DNA of 64,000 bases from an uncultured delta proteobacterium (GTDB taxonomy: Bacteria; Myxococcota_A; Polyangia; Polyangiales; Polyangiaceae): contig CAWJCS010000005.1 in NCBI GenBank assembly GCA_963841435.1, positions 288,001 through 352,000 of the forward strand. Direction: 5' to 3'. Shown here in pieces: positions 1 through 10,067 of this stretch; position 1 is the stretch's first letter; each line of letters starts with the position of its first letter. Position numbers and translations under genes: made by a program. The notes below the pieces were generated by a model that saw only the letters and a list, made by a program, of their open reading frames with translations, ran no database searches and had not been told where the DNA came from.

Positions 1-1482
1 GCGAGCGGCACGAGCCCGAACGATCCGGTGAAGACGCTCGCGCGCGCGGCCGCTCTCGTTCGCGACGGGGAGAACGACTTCATGCTGCTCGAGCGCGGCA
101 GCACCTTTCGCGACCAGACGCTCGGCCGCTTCAAATCGGGCCGCGATGCGACGCACCCGCTCGTCGTCGCGTCGTACGGCGACTCGATGGCGCTTCCCCG
201 CGTGGAAGCCTCGGACTTTTTCATCAACCACGACGGCCAGGCGCGAAGCTTCGTGGCCGTCGTGGGCCTCCACTTCGTCGTCACCCACAGTGACCCGGCG
301 GATGCGGCCTACGATGTGGGCGCCGAGGGCGTCTTCCGCTACGTGGGCAGCGGCCAGAACCTGCTCATCGAGAGCTGCCACCTCGAATACGGCGAGATCG
401 CGCTGCAGAGCTACGGCTCGGGCACGTACCAGGACGTCGAGGTGCGTCGCAACGTGGTCGAGAAGGCGTTCCACGCGGACACGTGCTCTCCCGGCGATCC
501 GAACGGCGACTCGACCTACCGACCCTCCGGCATGTACTCGAGTCACGTCGAGGGCCTGCTCGTCGAAGGCAACCTCTTCGACCACAACGGCTGGAACGAG
601 GACGTTCCTTCCGCCTGCGCCACCATCTACAACCACAACCTCTACCTGAACGGCACGGACGTCGTCATACGCGACAACGTGCTCACGCGCGCCTCGAGCA
701 TTCACATCAAGCTGCGCTCGGACGTGACGGGCGACATGCAGGGCACGGTGATCGAGAACAACTATTTCGTCGAGGGCGAAATTGGCGTCTCGATCGGCGG
801 CAACAGCACCGAGCCCTTCCGTTTCGCGTCTTCGACCATCAAGAACAACGTGATGTCGGACATCGGCCGCAGCCAGCCGACGACGCGCACGCTCGCGTGG
901 GGCGTCGAGGTCCAGGACAACGACGGCCTCGCGATCGAGGACAACCTGTTTTTGAATCAGCACCAGAGCAGCGTCGCCAATTCGTACGCGCTGAACGTCG
1001 CGGGCGACAGCGAACGCGACATCGGCGTGAAGAACAACCTCTTTTATCGCATCCAGACACGCGCCCTGCAGGTGAGCGCCGTGTCCGGGCACGAGACGAT
1101 CACGATTTCCGGCAACGCCTTCGTCAACCCCGATCAGGACTCGTGCCTCGTCGATCACAGCGGATCGTTTGCGAGCTACTCGTATACGGGCAACGGCTAT
1201 TTCAGCTCGGCCGCGGCGGGCTCCTGGTTCTGTCTCGACGCGGGGCGCGGCTCAATCGACGACTGGAAGGCGACGAGCGGCGAGAGCGACGCGACGACGC
1301 TCGACCCTGCCGACTTCTCCGATCCCGACCGCACCATCGAAACCTACGCCACCTCCCTCGGCCTCGGCTCGACGCTCGCGAGCTACCTCGACGCAGCCCG
1401 GAACCAGACGCGTCTCAATTTCGATCCGCGCCTCGGCGCCCCCGCGATCAACGACTACATCCGGGCCGGTTTCCAGCCGTAG
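1..1482 (+). CDS. Right-handed parallel beta-helix repeat protein (pectate lyase-like fold), 5' end outside window
   Basis: Frame is open from base 1 (ASGTSPNDPVKTLARA). Repeated VxIxxNxF/xxNN beta-helix coils and YNHNLY. Confidence 0.75.
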   Translation, partial: ASGTSPNDPVKTLARAAALVRDGENDFMLLERGSTFRDQTLGRFKSGRDATHPLVVASYGDSMALPRVEASDFFINHDGQARSFVAVVGLHFVVTHSDPADAAYDVGAEGVFRYVGSGQNLLIESCHLEYGEIALQSYGSGTYQDVEVRRNVVEKAFHADTCSPGDPNGDSTYRPSGMYSSHVEGLLVEGNLFDHNGWNEDVPSACATIYNHNLYLNGTDVVIRDNVLTRASSIHIKLRSDVTGDMQGTVIENNYFVEGEIGVSIGGNSTEPFRFASSTIKNNVMSDIGRSQPTTRTLAWGVEVQDNDGLAIEDNLFLNQHQSSVANSYALNVAGDSERDIGVKNNLFYRIQTRALQVSAVSGHETITISGNAFVNPDQDSCLVDHSGSFASYSYTGNGYFSSAAAGSWFCLDAGRGSIDDWKATSGESDATTLDPADFSDPDRTIETYATSLGLGSTLASYLDAARNQTRLNFDPRLGAPAINDYIRAGFQP

Positions 1483-1505
1483 CCGGCGATAGGCGGTCCG
1501 GCCTG

Positions 1506-2468
1506 CTAGCGCCGCCGTGTCGGGTGCGCGGCGAGCAGCAGGCGGTAGCAGGTGTCGAGCGTCGGCATCGCCACGCCGAGCTCGGCGGCGCGCGAGAGAG
1601 CGAAGCCGAGTGTTTCCTCGATTTCGAGCGGGCTGCCTCGCAGCGCATCTTGCTGAGCCGACACGCGGTGCTCGGGCGCGCCTTCTCGGTAGCGCTCGCC
1701 GACGCGGCGCACCAGCTCGATGGCTTCGTCGTCGGTCGCCCGCGCGATGCTGGCCACCGGCAACGGCGACGCGTCCTCGATCGCGATGCGCTCGGCATCG
1801 GCCAACGCCTTGGCCTCGCGGGCCATCCGCACGATGACGCCGGCGCCCGCCTCGTCGGTCAAGAACTCCCAGGTGTAGCGCCCGGTGAGCACGGCGAGCG
1901 GCAGCTGGGCGATCCAGCCGACGAACTTCGACCATTCGCGTGTGCGGATGTCGGGCGCCACGGCCGAGCGCACGCCCGCGGCGTCGATGAGTAGACTGAG
2001 AGCGCTCGTTCGCTCGCTCGTGCCACCCCCGAGCTCACCGAGGTGAAGGCACACGTTGCGCGTGAACTTGACGGCACCGCCCGGCAAGAGCTCCCCGCTG
2101 AAGTCCGCCATGCAGCCGAGCACGCGCTCGGCCCCGAACGCTTGGGCGAGCAGCTCGTCCTTGAGCACGCCGTTCTGGACCGAAAACGCGCAGCCGAGCT
2201 CGACGTGGGCGAGCGCCGCCAAGCTCTCGGCGGAGCCAATCGCCTTGGTGGCGACAATCAACGTGTCGGTCTCGCGAAGCTCGCGCGGATGACGCAAGAT
2301 GTTGGGGCGTGCCTCGATCGCGGCGAGGCCCGTCACGATCACACCGTCGCGCTCGAGCGTCGCTACGCGCTCACCGCGCGCGAGAAGCGTCACGTCGTGG
2401 CCGGCGCGGCAAAGGTGCGCGCCGAGAATGCTCCCGAGGGCACCGGCTCCGAGGATGGCGAAGCGCAT
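1506..2468 (-). CDS. panE: 2-dehydropantoate 2-reductase (ketopantoate reductase family)
   Basis: MRFAILGAGALG Rossmann start, VATK, SVQNG, WSKF lysine, SAQQD...LEIE. Confidence 0.85.
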   Translation of the reverse strand: MRFAILGAGALGSILGAHLCRAGHDVTLLARGERVATLERDGVIVTGLAAIEARPNILRHPRELRETDTLIVATKAIGSAESLAALAHVELGCAFSVQNGVLKDELLAQAFGAERVLGCMADFSGELLPGGAVKFTRNVCLHLGELGGGTSERTSALSLLIDAAGVRSAVAPDIRTREWSKFVGWIAQLPLAVLTGRYTWEFLTDEAGAGVIVRMAREAKALADAERIAIEDASPLPVASIARATDDEAIELVRRVGERYREGAPEHRVSAQQDALRGSPLEIEETLGFALSRAAELGVAMPTLDTCYRLLLAAHPTRRR

Positions 2469-2593
2469 GCCGGCAAATGTCCGTCTCGGGACGGCGAAGT
2501 CAACCGCGCGCGCGTCCGTCGCCGTCGGTCGTTCGGCCGTACACGCTCCTGCGCCTTGCAGCGCGCCGACGGGCATAGGACGCTACGCTTCGG

Positions 2594-3289
2594 ATGGCGC
2601 TTCGAGCGGGGCTCTTCGTCGTTGTCGGGCTCGGTGTGGCCTGCGGTGGGGGCGCACCTTCGAAATCCGCTGCCGACTCGGCAGGCCCGCGTTCGTCGCA
2701 CCACCAGGATCGCGCCGCCGACGCGCACGCGGCTTCCACGGAACGGACCGACGAACCGATGAGCAACGCCGTCGTCGAGGCTCGCCTCAGGAAGACACTG
2801 GCGGAGCTACCGAAGAACGCCCGCGTGGAGCGCATCGCCCTCGCCGACATCGCGTACCCGGAAAGTGCCGAGGAAAATCACGCGCTCGGGGGCTTCGCGT
2901 TCATGATCGTCACGGCCCTCGCGCAGGATCCGGCCGATTTACCGCTGCGCCGCGTGCACTTTCACAGCACGCGGGGCGAGCTCGATCTCCCGGTGCTCTT
3001 CGAGCGGGTGGGAACGGTCGAGCCCGAGGATCTGCGTCGAGCTTTCGGCGCCACCCGAACGGACGGCCTCTATGCCATCCCGCTCGGTGCGGCGTTCCTC
3101 GAGGGCTCCGTGATCGCGAATTTCAAGGCGGCACAGGGCGACTTCGAGATCCTCGCCTTTCACGGCGGGAGCCCGCCGACGAACGTCGAGCCGATCGAGC
3201 CGAGTGAGCCCGACGCCGACGCCCTCGACGCCTTCGTCAATCGCGAATTTCCCGTGGCCCGCGAGCGTGAGCTCGGGAGCACTCGCTAG
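2594..3289 (+). CDS. Hypothetical lipoprotein
   Basis: Signal peptide ending LGVAC-GG; GC3-rich codons. Confidence 0.7.
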   Translation: MALRAGLFVVVGLGVACGGGAPSKSAADSAGPRSSHHQDRAADAHAASTERTDEPMSNAVVEARLRKTLAELPKNARVERIALADIAYPESAEENHALGGFAFMIVTALAQDPADLPLRRVHFHSTRGELDLPVLFERVGTVEPEDLRRAFGATRTDGLYAIPLGAAFLEGSVIANFKAAQGDFEILAFHGGSPPTNVEPIEPSEPDADALDAFVNREFPVARERELGSTR

Positions 3290-3323
3290 TCGGGCACGTG
3301 CTCACCTCGACGAGCGGCGCGCG

Positions 3324-4037
3324 ATGACGGCAGGCAAGGCAGGCGCTCTGGGCGGGGTGCTCTTGGCGCTCGTCGTGCTTGGAGGGCTCGCTCTCAGGGC
3401 ATCGCAACGTGCCCGCGAGGGCACGCATCGCCCGCCTGGCGCTCTCTCGGCTTCGCCGGCGAGGGGCCCCGCCTCTGGCAACGTGCCCATGGCCTCGCCG
3501 AGTGCGAGCGCCACGGCGAACGCCCCACCGAGACCCGCGCTGCCGCGCTACACCGAGCCGGTCCGCGACCGGGCGCGCGCCGACGCGCTGAGGAAGCTCT
3601 TGCTCACGCTCTACGCGGCAAAGCCCGAGCCTCGCGACGGTGGCCGACGAGCGCTGCCAAAGCCCGCGCACGCCGGTGCCGCAACGCAGGGCATGCCCGC
3701 GCCCGAGGGGACGGGAAACCAGGCGAACGAGGCGCTCGGCCGCTACGTGGGTCGCGTCATGCGGGAGCAGTTCGTGCCGCTCGCGGGCTCCTGCTACGAG
3801 GAGCTGCTCTCGCGACACCCGGAAGCAAAGGGCAGCGTGACGCTGAAGTTCTCGATCATGGGAGACGAAAGCGTCGGCGGCGTCGTCGTCGACGCCTCGC
3901 TCGGCAAGGGCGCGGACCTCGGCGACGAGCTCTTCTCGGTGTGCGTCCAGGAGTCGCTCTATTCGGTCGTGTTCGAGCCACCCCCACCCGGCCACCCCAC
4001 GGTCACCGTCAACCAGTCGCTCGATCTCGCTCCGTAA
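3324..4037 (+). CDS. Membrane-anchored AgmX/PglI C-terminal (TonB-C-like) domain protein
   Basis: N-terminal TM helix, Pro/Ala linker, CYEELL...GSVTLKFSI...CV...F.PP domain typical of myxobacteria. Confidence 0.7.
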   Translation: MTAGKAGALGGVLLALVVLGGLALRASQRAREGTHRPPGALSASPARGPASGNVPMASPSASATANAPPRPALPRYTEPVRDRARADALRKLLLTLYAAKPEPRDGGRRALPKPAHAGAATQGMPAPEGTGNQANEALGRYVGRVMREQFVPLAGSCYEELLSRHPEAKGSVTLKFSIMGDESVGGVVVDASLGKGADLGDELFSVCVQESLYSVVFEPPPPGHPTVTVNQSLDLAP

Positions 4038-4379
4038 AGCTCCGATTCGATGACACCTGTCGCGCGATGATCGGCCTTGCTCGAGGCGACGCGGTCGCGC
4101 CCGCCGTTCGCGCCGGCCACGGCGACGAACGGCCCCTCGACCAGCCGACGACACCAGGCGCTCGAAGCCACTCGCGCGCTCTCCTGGCTTCGACTCGGCC
4201 TTGCGCCGTGTCCATGGGATCGGAGCGTCATGTCGGAGCGTTCGCTCGGCTCGCACCTCGCCGAGCAGTGCCAGCGCGCCGCGCGGGTTCCGCGGCCTTT
4301 CGTTCGGCTCGGCCGAGCGTTGCCGCGAAAGCGGCCACGTGGTAAATTTATAAGCCGAGTTGACGGCGAAAAGTTCCGC

Positions 4380-4631
4380 ATGAGCGCCTACGCCTCCATC
4401 CAGAAGGACATCGCCGAGTACCTGGCCGCGAATTACGACATCAAGCTCGATGCGGTCGCTCCCGAAGCGACCCTCGAAGAGCTCGGTTTCGATTCGCTCG
4501 GCCTACTCGGGATCGCGACGTTGCTCGAGAACAAGTACGGGCTCAAGTTCGACACGGCCTCGATGTTCCGGGTCGAGACCGTCACGGACCTCATCGAGCT
4601 CGTAAAGAGCAAAAGCGCGGAGATCGCCTGA
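4380..4631 (+). CDS. acpP: Acyl carrier protein
   Basis: 83 aa, acidic, LGFDSL phosphopantetheine serine motif, ETVTDL helix; adjacent to a ketosynthase. Confidence 0.9.
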   Translation: MSAYASIQKDIAEYLAANYDIKLDAVAPEATLEELGFDSLGLLGIATLLENKYGLKFDTASMFRVETVTDLIELVKSKSAEIA

Positions 4632-5902
4632 TTCTGCCGAGTGAGCGCGCCGAGCCCGATCGGACGCGGGTCGCCATCACCGCGATCGGGCTCGTCACGC
4701 CGCTCGGCATCGGCACCGATGCGTTTTTCGAGAAGCTCGTCGCCGGCGTCAGCGGCGTTCGCCGCATCACGCTGTTCGACCCGAGCTCGAGTCGCGTGCA
4801 GATCGCCGCCGAGGTGGACGGCTTCGAGCCCCGTCGCTGGCTCGACTTCAAGGATACAAAGCGCCTCGCGCGCGTCGCCCAGCTCGCCGTGGCAGCATCG
4901 GAGCTTGCGCTCGCGGACCAGAGCCTCGACGGCCTCGACCGCGACGACGTGGCGACCATCGTGAGCAGCGGCCTCGGCGGGCCGGACTCCATCTTCACCG
5001 CCGTGCGCGCGCACCTCGCCGACGAGGCCGTGTCGCCGCTCTTCATTCCCATGGCCATGGCGAACCTCGCCGCGTCCGTGATCGCCGACCGCTTGAAGCT
5101 CGGCGGTCCGAGCTACGCGCCCGTGAGCGCCTGCGCTTCGTCGGCCGACGCGATCGGGCAAGGCTACCGGCTGATCCGCGGCGGCTATGCCACGGCCTGC
5201 GTCGTGGGCGGCGCCGAAGGAGGCATCAATCCGGTCGTGATGTCGGGCTTTGCGAGCATGCGGGCCCTGTCGCTTCGCAACGACGACCCCGCACGAGCCG
5301 CTCGCCCGTTCGCCGCGGATCGCGACGGTTTCGTGCTCGGCGAGGGCGCCTGCGTGCTGCTCCTCGAGTCGCTCGATTCGGCGAAGCGGCGCGGGGCTCA
5401 CGTCTACGCCGAGGTGTGCGGCTACGGTCAGACGAGCGACGCCCACCACCTGACGGCGCCGCGCCCCGACGGAGAGCGCGTGACGCGCGCCATGCTGCTC
5501 GCGCTCCGTGAAGCGGGGCTCGAGCCTTCGAGCGTGGACTACATCAATGCCCACGGCACCGGCACGCTGCTCTCGGACCCCGCCGAGACGCGCGCCATCC
5601 GCCAGGCGCTCGGGGAGCACGCTGCAAGGGTCGCCGTGAGCTCGACGAAGTCGATGCTGGGGCACCTTCTCGGAGCGGCCGGCGCCGTCGAGGCAGCGAT
5701 CTGCGCGCTCGCCATCGATCGCGGCGTCATCCCGCCGACCATCAATCTCGACATCCCCGATCCGACCTGCGACCTCGACTACGTGCCGAACCAGGCACGA
5801 AAGCAAGCCGTGAAGGTCGCCCTGTCGAACTCGATGGCGTTCGGCGGGCACAACGTCACGCTGGCGCTCAGAAACCATGCGCTACCGCTCGCTCGCGTGT
5901 GA
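4628..5902 (+). CDS. fabF: Beta-ketoacyl-ACP synthase II (start codon unclear)
   Basis: RVAITAIGLVTPLG in frame from 4661; SACASS Cys, NAHGTGT His, KSMLGHLLGAAG His, SNSMAFGGHN. No in-frame ATG/GTG/TTG before the N-terminal motif. Confidence 0.88.
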   Translation: MILPSERAEPDRTRVAITAIGLVTPLGIGTDAFFEKLVAGVSGVRRITLFDPSSSRVQIAAEVDGFEPRRWLDFKDTKRLARVAQLAVAASELALADQSLDGLDRDDVATIVSSGLGGPDSIFTAVRAHLADEAVSPLFIPMAMANLAASVIADRLKLGGPSYAPVSACASSADAIGQGYRLIRGGYATACVVGGAEGGINPVVMSGFASMRALSLRNDDPARAARPFAADRDGFVLGEGACVLLLESLDSAKRRGAHVYAEVCGYGQTSDAHHLTAPRPDGERVTRAMLLALREAGLEPSSVDYINAHGTGTLLSDPAETRAIRQALGEHAARVAVSSTKSMLGHLLGAAGAVEAAICALAIDRGVIPPTINLDIPDPTCDLDYVPNQARKQAVKVALSNSMAFGGHNVTLALRNHALPLARV

Positions 5903-6203
5903 CTACGACGGGACGCTCGCGAGCAACGGCGCCGTTTCGGCCTCGACTCGCGGGGCAGGCGTGGAGGAGCTCGTCGAGCGTTTGCTCTCCGGCGGCAAGC
6001 TCCCGCCGCGACGCGCCTGACGAGAGGCGACGGCGAACGAAAACGACGCACGCACCACGCCCTGGTCCTCCGTGGCGGGATCATATGCCCCAGCGTGCGC
6101 CACGCTGGGCTCGCCGTGGATTGTTGCCGCGCCTGTAACCGGTGACCTTGCGCGGCTTACTCGCACCGGGCCGGCACCCGGCCAACTTGCAACAGGAGGA
6201 GCC

Positions 6204-7148
6204 ATGCGTTTCATGGGAGCAGTTTGTCTCGCAATCGCCATGCTCACCGCCGGATGCGGCGGTGACGACGACGCGCCCGTCGTGCCGTCGGGCGACCACG
6301 CAACGGATCCCGACACGGCGCCGCGCGCGGCGGTGGATCGTTTCAGCGCCGATGCGGGGATGTTGATGGTACGCAGCGACGAAAACGACCTGCCGGGGCC
6401 GAACGAGCCCATCGACTTCGATTCGGGAGAGCCGTTCGTCACGCAGGGGCTCGGTCCCGATGGCGAGGTCGTGAAGTACTACAACTTCGACGTCCAACCG
6501 ACCGCGCCGGCGCCCATCTACGCCTTGTTCCGAGCCGGCGAAAGCTCGCCGGTTTCGGGGCAGCTCAACATCGTTGATGTCGTACCGGGCGACAAGGGAT
6601 ACAACGACTTCTGGCAGGTGATGAAGGTGACCGTCCCCGCCGACTACGTCACCAACAGCGTGACGAGCGCTTCGGCGCTCCGCGCGGCCGGGTACCCGAT
6701 CGACGAGACCGACATGCTCGTCAATTGCCCCATAGTGCCCGACGGCTCGACGGCGACGATGAGGCTAGGCGACGAGGATCCCGGGCTGAGCCGCGGATGG
6801 TACCGCGACGGCGTCGTGTTCTACTTCAACTTCTCGGAGGCCATGCTGACGACAACGGGGGGCAACGTGCCGGTTTCTCCGATCTTCGTCACCTTCAACG
6901 TCAATCCCGATCCCAACGACCCCATGAGCGGGCCGGCCTCGGGCTTCGAGGTCGAGCCCAACAGCGCGCAAACTCACAATGTCCCCGCCACGTTGCCCGA
7001 CGACGCTGGCTACTCACCGCTCTGGGGCGTGCAGATCTACGACAACGCCGATTTCGAAACCGTGATGGACCTCGCGTCCGTGGAGCACGCGTCGATTCTC
7101 GTGGACGATGGGCCCACCGTGAACTGTCCGATCGTCTCGATCGAATGA
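6204..7148 (+). CDS. Uncharacterised lipoprotein with two tandem repeats ending VNCPIV
   Basis: RBS AGGAGGAG, lipobox LTAGC, two copies of PI.....Q.N.....P.D.GY...W.V...VNCPIV. Confidence 0.8.
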   Translation: MRFMGAVCLAIAMLTAGCGGDDDAPVVPSGDHATDPDTAPRAAVDRFSADAGMLMVRSDENDLPGPNEPIDFDSGEPFVTQGLGPDGEVVKYYNFDVQPTAPAPIYALFRAGESSPVSGQLNIVDVVPGDKGYNDFWQVMKVTVPADYVTNSVTSASALRAAGYPIDETDMLVNCPIVPDGSTATMRLGDEDPGLSRGWYRDGVVFYFNFSEAMLTTTGGNVPVSPIFVTFNVNPDPNDPMSGPASGFEVEPNSAQTHNVPATLPDDAGYSPLWGVQIYDNADFETVMDLASVEHASILVDDGPTVNCPIVSIE

Positions 7149-7238
7149 TCCCCGAGTCAGGCGCGCGCTTCGACGCGCCAGGGCCTGTGAAATCGATTCC
7201 GCATTCGTGCTCGGCGGCTCGGCGGCGCCAGCCGGAGC

Positions 7239-9821
7239 GTGCGTGGTCTCTGGCCCACGCCTGCCAATGTTGCGGAAAAGTTTGGGATCGAACGGAACCC
7301 GAGCGGCATTCACCACTCCGTGGTACCGGCGAGAGCGACAGGGTCTTCGACAGGCGTCAGGGCGCTCGGCGCGGTCGTGCTGGCGTGGGCGGTGTCGTGT
7401 GCCGTGCCGGACTACACGTTTTCCGGTGACTCGCCGGATGGCGGCGCAGGGGTCGGCGGCACCGAAGCGAGTGGTGGCGCGAGCGGCGAGGGCGCCGGCG
7501 GAGAGACGCCGACGAGCCACTGCGACAACGGCGTCGTCGACACGGACGAGGGCGAGACGGACGTCGACTGCGGTGGCGAGTGCCGGCGCTGCTCGCTGCT
7601 CGGAAGGTGCCGCGCCGAGGATGGTTGCGAAGAGGGGGATTGCATCGAAGGAGTTTGCCAAAAGCCCGACTGCGACGACGGCGTAAAGGACCTGAAGGAG
7701 ACGGCGGTGGATTGCGGGGGCGGCGACTGCCGGCCGTGCGCCGCGGGCGAGGCATGCAGGCAGGCGCGCGACTGCGAGAGTGGCGTGTGCGGCGACGACG
7801 AAACGTGCAGCCCAGCCGCGTGCGACGACGGCGTGACGAACGGCGACGAGACCGCTCGCGACTGCGGGGGCACGCGGTGCCCCGGATGCAAGACGGGCGA
7901 CGCCTGCGAGAAGAACGGCGACTGCGCGAGCGCGCACTGCGGCGACGGCAGGTGCCAGGTCTCGTGCTTGCCGGGAACCGCCGAGTGCGATGGCGACCTC
8001 GCCGAGGAGTGCGAGACGAACACGCTGACCGACCCCGACCACTGCGGCGGCTGCGGCATGCGTTGCAATCTCGCGCACGGCGCGGCGAGCTGCGTGGGCG
8101 GGACGTGCCAGGTGTCGAGCTGCGACTCACCCTACGAGGACTGCGACCGCGACCCGACCAACGGTTGCGAGGTGAACCTCGGCAAGGACGCCGACAATTG
8201 CAGCGCCTGCGGCGCGGCGTGCCCCGCGATCAACGGTGTCCCGTCGTGCGAAGGGTCACGCTGCCTCATCGAGTGCGAGCCTGGCTTCGCCGATTGCGAC
8301 GACGACCGCGGCAACGGCTGCGAGAAGCGCGTCGCCGCCGACGCGCAAAACTGCGGAGAATGCCGCAACGCCTGCACGGCGAACGCCGGCGAGACGCCGT
8401 TCTGTCTCGACGGGACCTGCGGCTCGACGACGTGTGAAGCGGGCTTGGGCAACTGCAATGGCGACCCCATGGACGGCTGCGAGCAGCCGCTCGACGACGT
8501 GGACAACTGTGGGGCATGCGGGAGCCGCTGCGTCGCCGCGCACGGCGTGGCGGCGTGCAGTGCGGGGAAATGCATCGTCGAGAGCTGCGACGCCGGCTTC
8601 GGCAACTGCAACACGGGAGACGCCGACGGCGGCTACTCGGACGGTTGCGAGACGAACACGAACGCGAGCCTCTCGCATTGCGGCGCCTGCGGGGCCGCCT
8701 GTTCGATCACGCACGCCACGGCGCGCTGCGAGAGCGGCCAATGCCGCGTCGGCAGCTGCACGGTTCCGTACCAAGACTGCGACATGGACGGCACGAGCTG
8801 CGAAACGGACACGAGCACGAGCGTGATGAACTGTGGCGGCTGCGGCATGGCCGGACTGCGCTGCGACACACAATTTGCGCATGCGACGGGCAAGTGCGTC
8901 GCGAGCACCTGCCAGCTCGGCAGCTGTGATCAGAGCTTTGGTGACTGCGACGGTGGGGCCCAAAACGGCTGCGAAACCGCATTGTCGAGCGACGAGCTTC
9001 ACTGCGGCTCCTGCACGACACAATGCCTCGCCGTGGGCGGCACCAACACGTGCACGAGCGGCGCGTGCATGCCGAGCTGCGATGCGACCCACCTGAGCTG
9101 CAACGCATCGACGAGCGACGGCTGCGAGGTCGATCGCACGACGGCGGCCCACTGTGGCACGTGTGCCAACAGCTGCGGCGGCGCGGCGCCCTACTGCGTG
9201 AACGGGGCCTGCGCGTCGATGCCCGCCACCATCTGCGGGCTGCCCGGCTGGGCGTTCTGCGACGACTTCCAGGACGGCAACGCGAACGGCTGGTCGCCCA
9301 CGGCGGGCAGCTGGTCGGTCGTGACCGACTCGAGCCTCGTCTACCGCTACGCCGGCGAGTCCGGCTCGCAGCGTTCGGTCGTCGGCTCTGGCAGCTGGAC
9401 GGACCAGACCATCGTCGCCAAGGTGAAGGTGCTCCACTTCGACGGCTCGAGCAGCTCGTACCGCGCCGGCATCCTCGGGCGCTACGCCGGTTCCACCAAT
9501 TACTACGCGCTCATGCTCGACGGCACGGGAGCGCTCACGCTACGCCGCGGAACGAGCTCGATCAGCGGCTCGGGCTGCGGCTCGGTCTCTCCCTCGCCGT
9601 CGCTCTCGGGCGGCGGCTTTTTCTGGCTCGAGCTGCAAATCTCGGGGCCGGCGAGCAGCACGCGCCTCGTGAGCTCGTACAGCACGAACGGCACGTCCTT
9701 CAGCGCGGCCCACAACTGCACGGTGTCGGGCGGCACCCTGGGCGGCGGAAACACGGGCGTGCTCACCGTCGGGCAAAATACCTCGACCGAGTTCGACGAC
9801 TTCGCCGTTTCGACGCCGTGA
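7239..9821 (+). CDS. Cys-rich repeat surface lipoprotein with C-terminal concanavalin/LamG-like beta-sandwich (true start probably somewhat downstream)
   Basis: AVSC lipobox-like site; ETDVDCGG and D..NGCE...HCG.CG..C repeats; FCDDFQDG...TEFDDF domain. Confidence 0.8.
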   Translation: MRGLWPTPANVAEKFGIERNPSGIHHSVVPARATGSSTGVRALGAVVLAWAVSCAVPDYTFSGDSPDGGAGVGGTEASGGASGEGAGGETPTSHCDNGVVDTDEGETDVDCGGECRRCSLLGRCRAEDGCEEGDCIEGVCQKPDCDDGVKDLKETAVDCGGGDCRPCAAGEACRQARDCESGVCGDDETCSPAACDDGVTNGDETARDCGGTRCPGCKTGDACEKNGDCASAHCGDGRCQVSCLPGTAECDGDLAEECETNTLTDPDHCGGCGMRCNLAHGAASCVGGTCQVSSCDSPYEDCDRDPTNGCEVNLGKDADNCSACGAACPAINGVPSCEGSRCLIECEPGFADCDDDRGNGCEKRVAADAQNCGECRNACTANAGETPFCLDGTCGSTTCEAGLGNCNGDPMDGCEQPLDDVDNCGACGSRCVAAHGVAACSAGKCIVESCDAGFGNCNTGDADGGYSDGCETNTNASLSHCGACGAACSITHATARCESGQCRVGSCTVPYQDCDMDGTSCETDTSTSVMNCGGCGMAGLRCDTQFAHATGKCVASTCQLGSCDQSFGDCDGGAQNGCETALSSDELHCGSCTTQCLAVGGTNTCTSGACMPSCDATHLSCNASTSDGCEVDRTTAAHCGTCANSCGGAAPYCVNGACASMPATICGLPGWAFCDDFQDGNANGWSPTAGSWSVVTDSSLVYRYAGESGSQRSVVGSGSWTDQTIVAKVKVLHFDGSSSSYRAGILGRYAGSTNYYALMLDGTGALTLRRGTSSISGSGCGSVSPSPSLSGGGFFWLELQISGPASSTRLVSSYSTNGTSFSAAHNCTVSGGTLGGGNTGVLTVGQNTSTEFDDFAVSTP

Positions 9822-9862
9822 CGCGCCGAAAGGCGAGCCGCACGGCGAACGGACTTCGGTAG

Positions 9863-10051
9863 CGTCCGCTCGAAGCGTTCACCATGGCCGACTGCGCCGC
9901 CGCACCCGCCCTGTTCTACGCAAACCGCGTCGCGCCCTTCACGAAGGACCACCCAGAGCTTGCCCGCTACTTCGCACGGCTCATGGAGCGCCCCTCGGTC
10001 GCACGCGTCTTCGCGGAGGCAGAGCCGTATTTTCACCTTTTCCCGGGGTGA
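9863..10051 (+). pseudogene. 5'-truncated glutathione S-transferase (C-terminal fragment only)
   Basis: Reads EAFTMADCAAAPALFYANRVAPF...LARYFARLMERPSVARVFAEAEPYFHLFPG*, a GST C-terminus. In-frame TAG at 9860 and no N-terminal domain. Not in the ORF track. Confidence 0.75.
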
Positions 10052-10067
10052 AAGAGCTCGGACGCCG

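Noticed and set aside
4038-4340. Intergenic gaps (also 5903-6200 and 33100-33350) as ncRNA or small genes
   Set aside because: I could not recognise an RNA motif or a credible coding signal; an Rfam search would be needed.
7251-7265. TGGCCC...CTGC, and the minus-strand TGGCAC near 50515, as sigma-54 promoters
   Set aside because: GG-to-GC spacing is off by one base from the strict consensus.
7239-9821. Cys-rich protein as a multiheme cytochrome or enzyme
   Set aside because: The cysteines form disulfide-type repeats (HCG.CG..C), not CxxCH.
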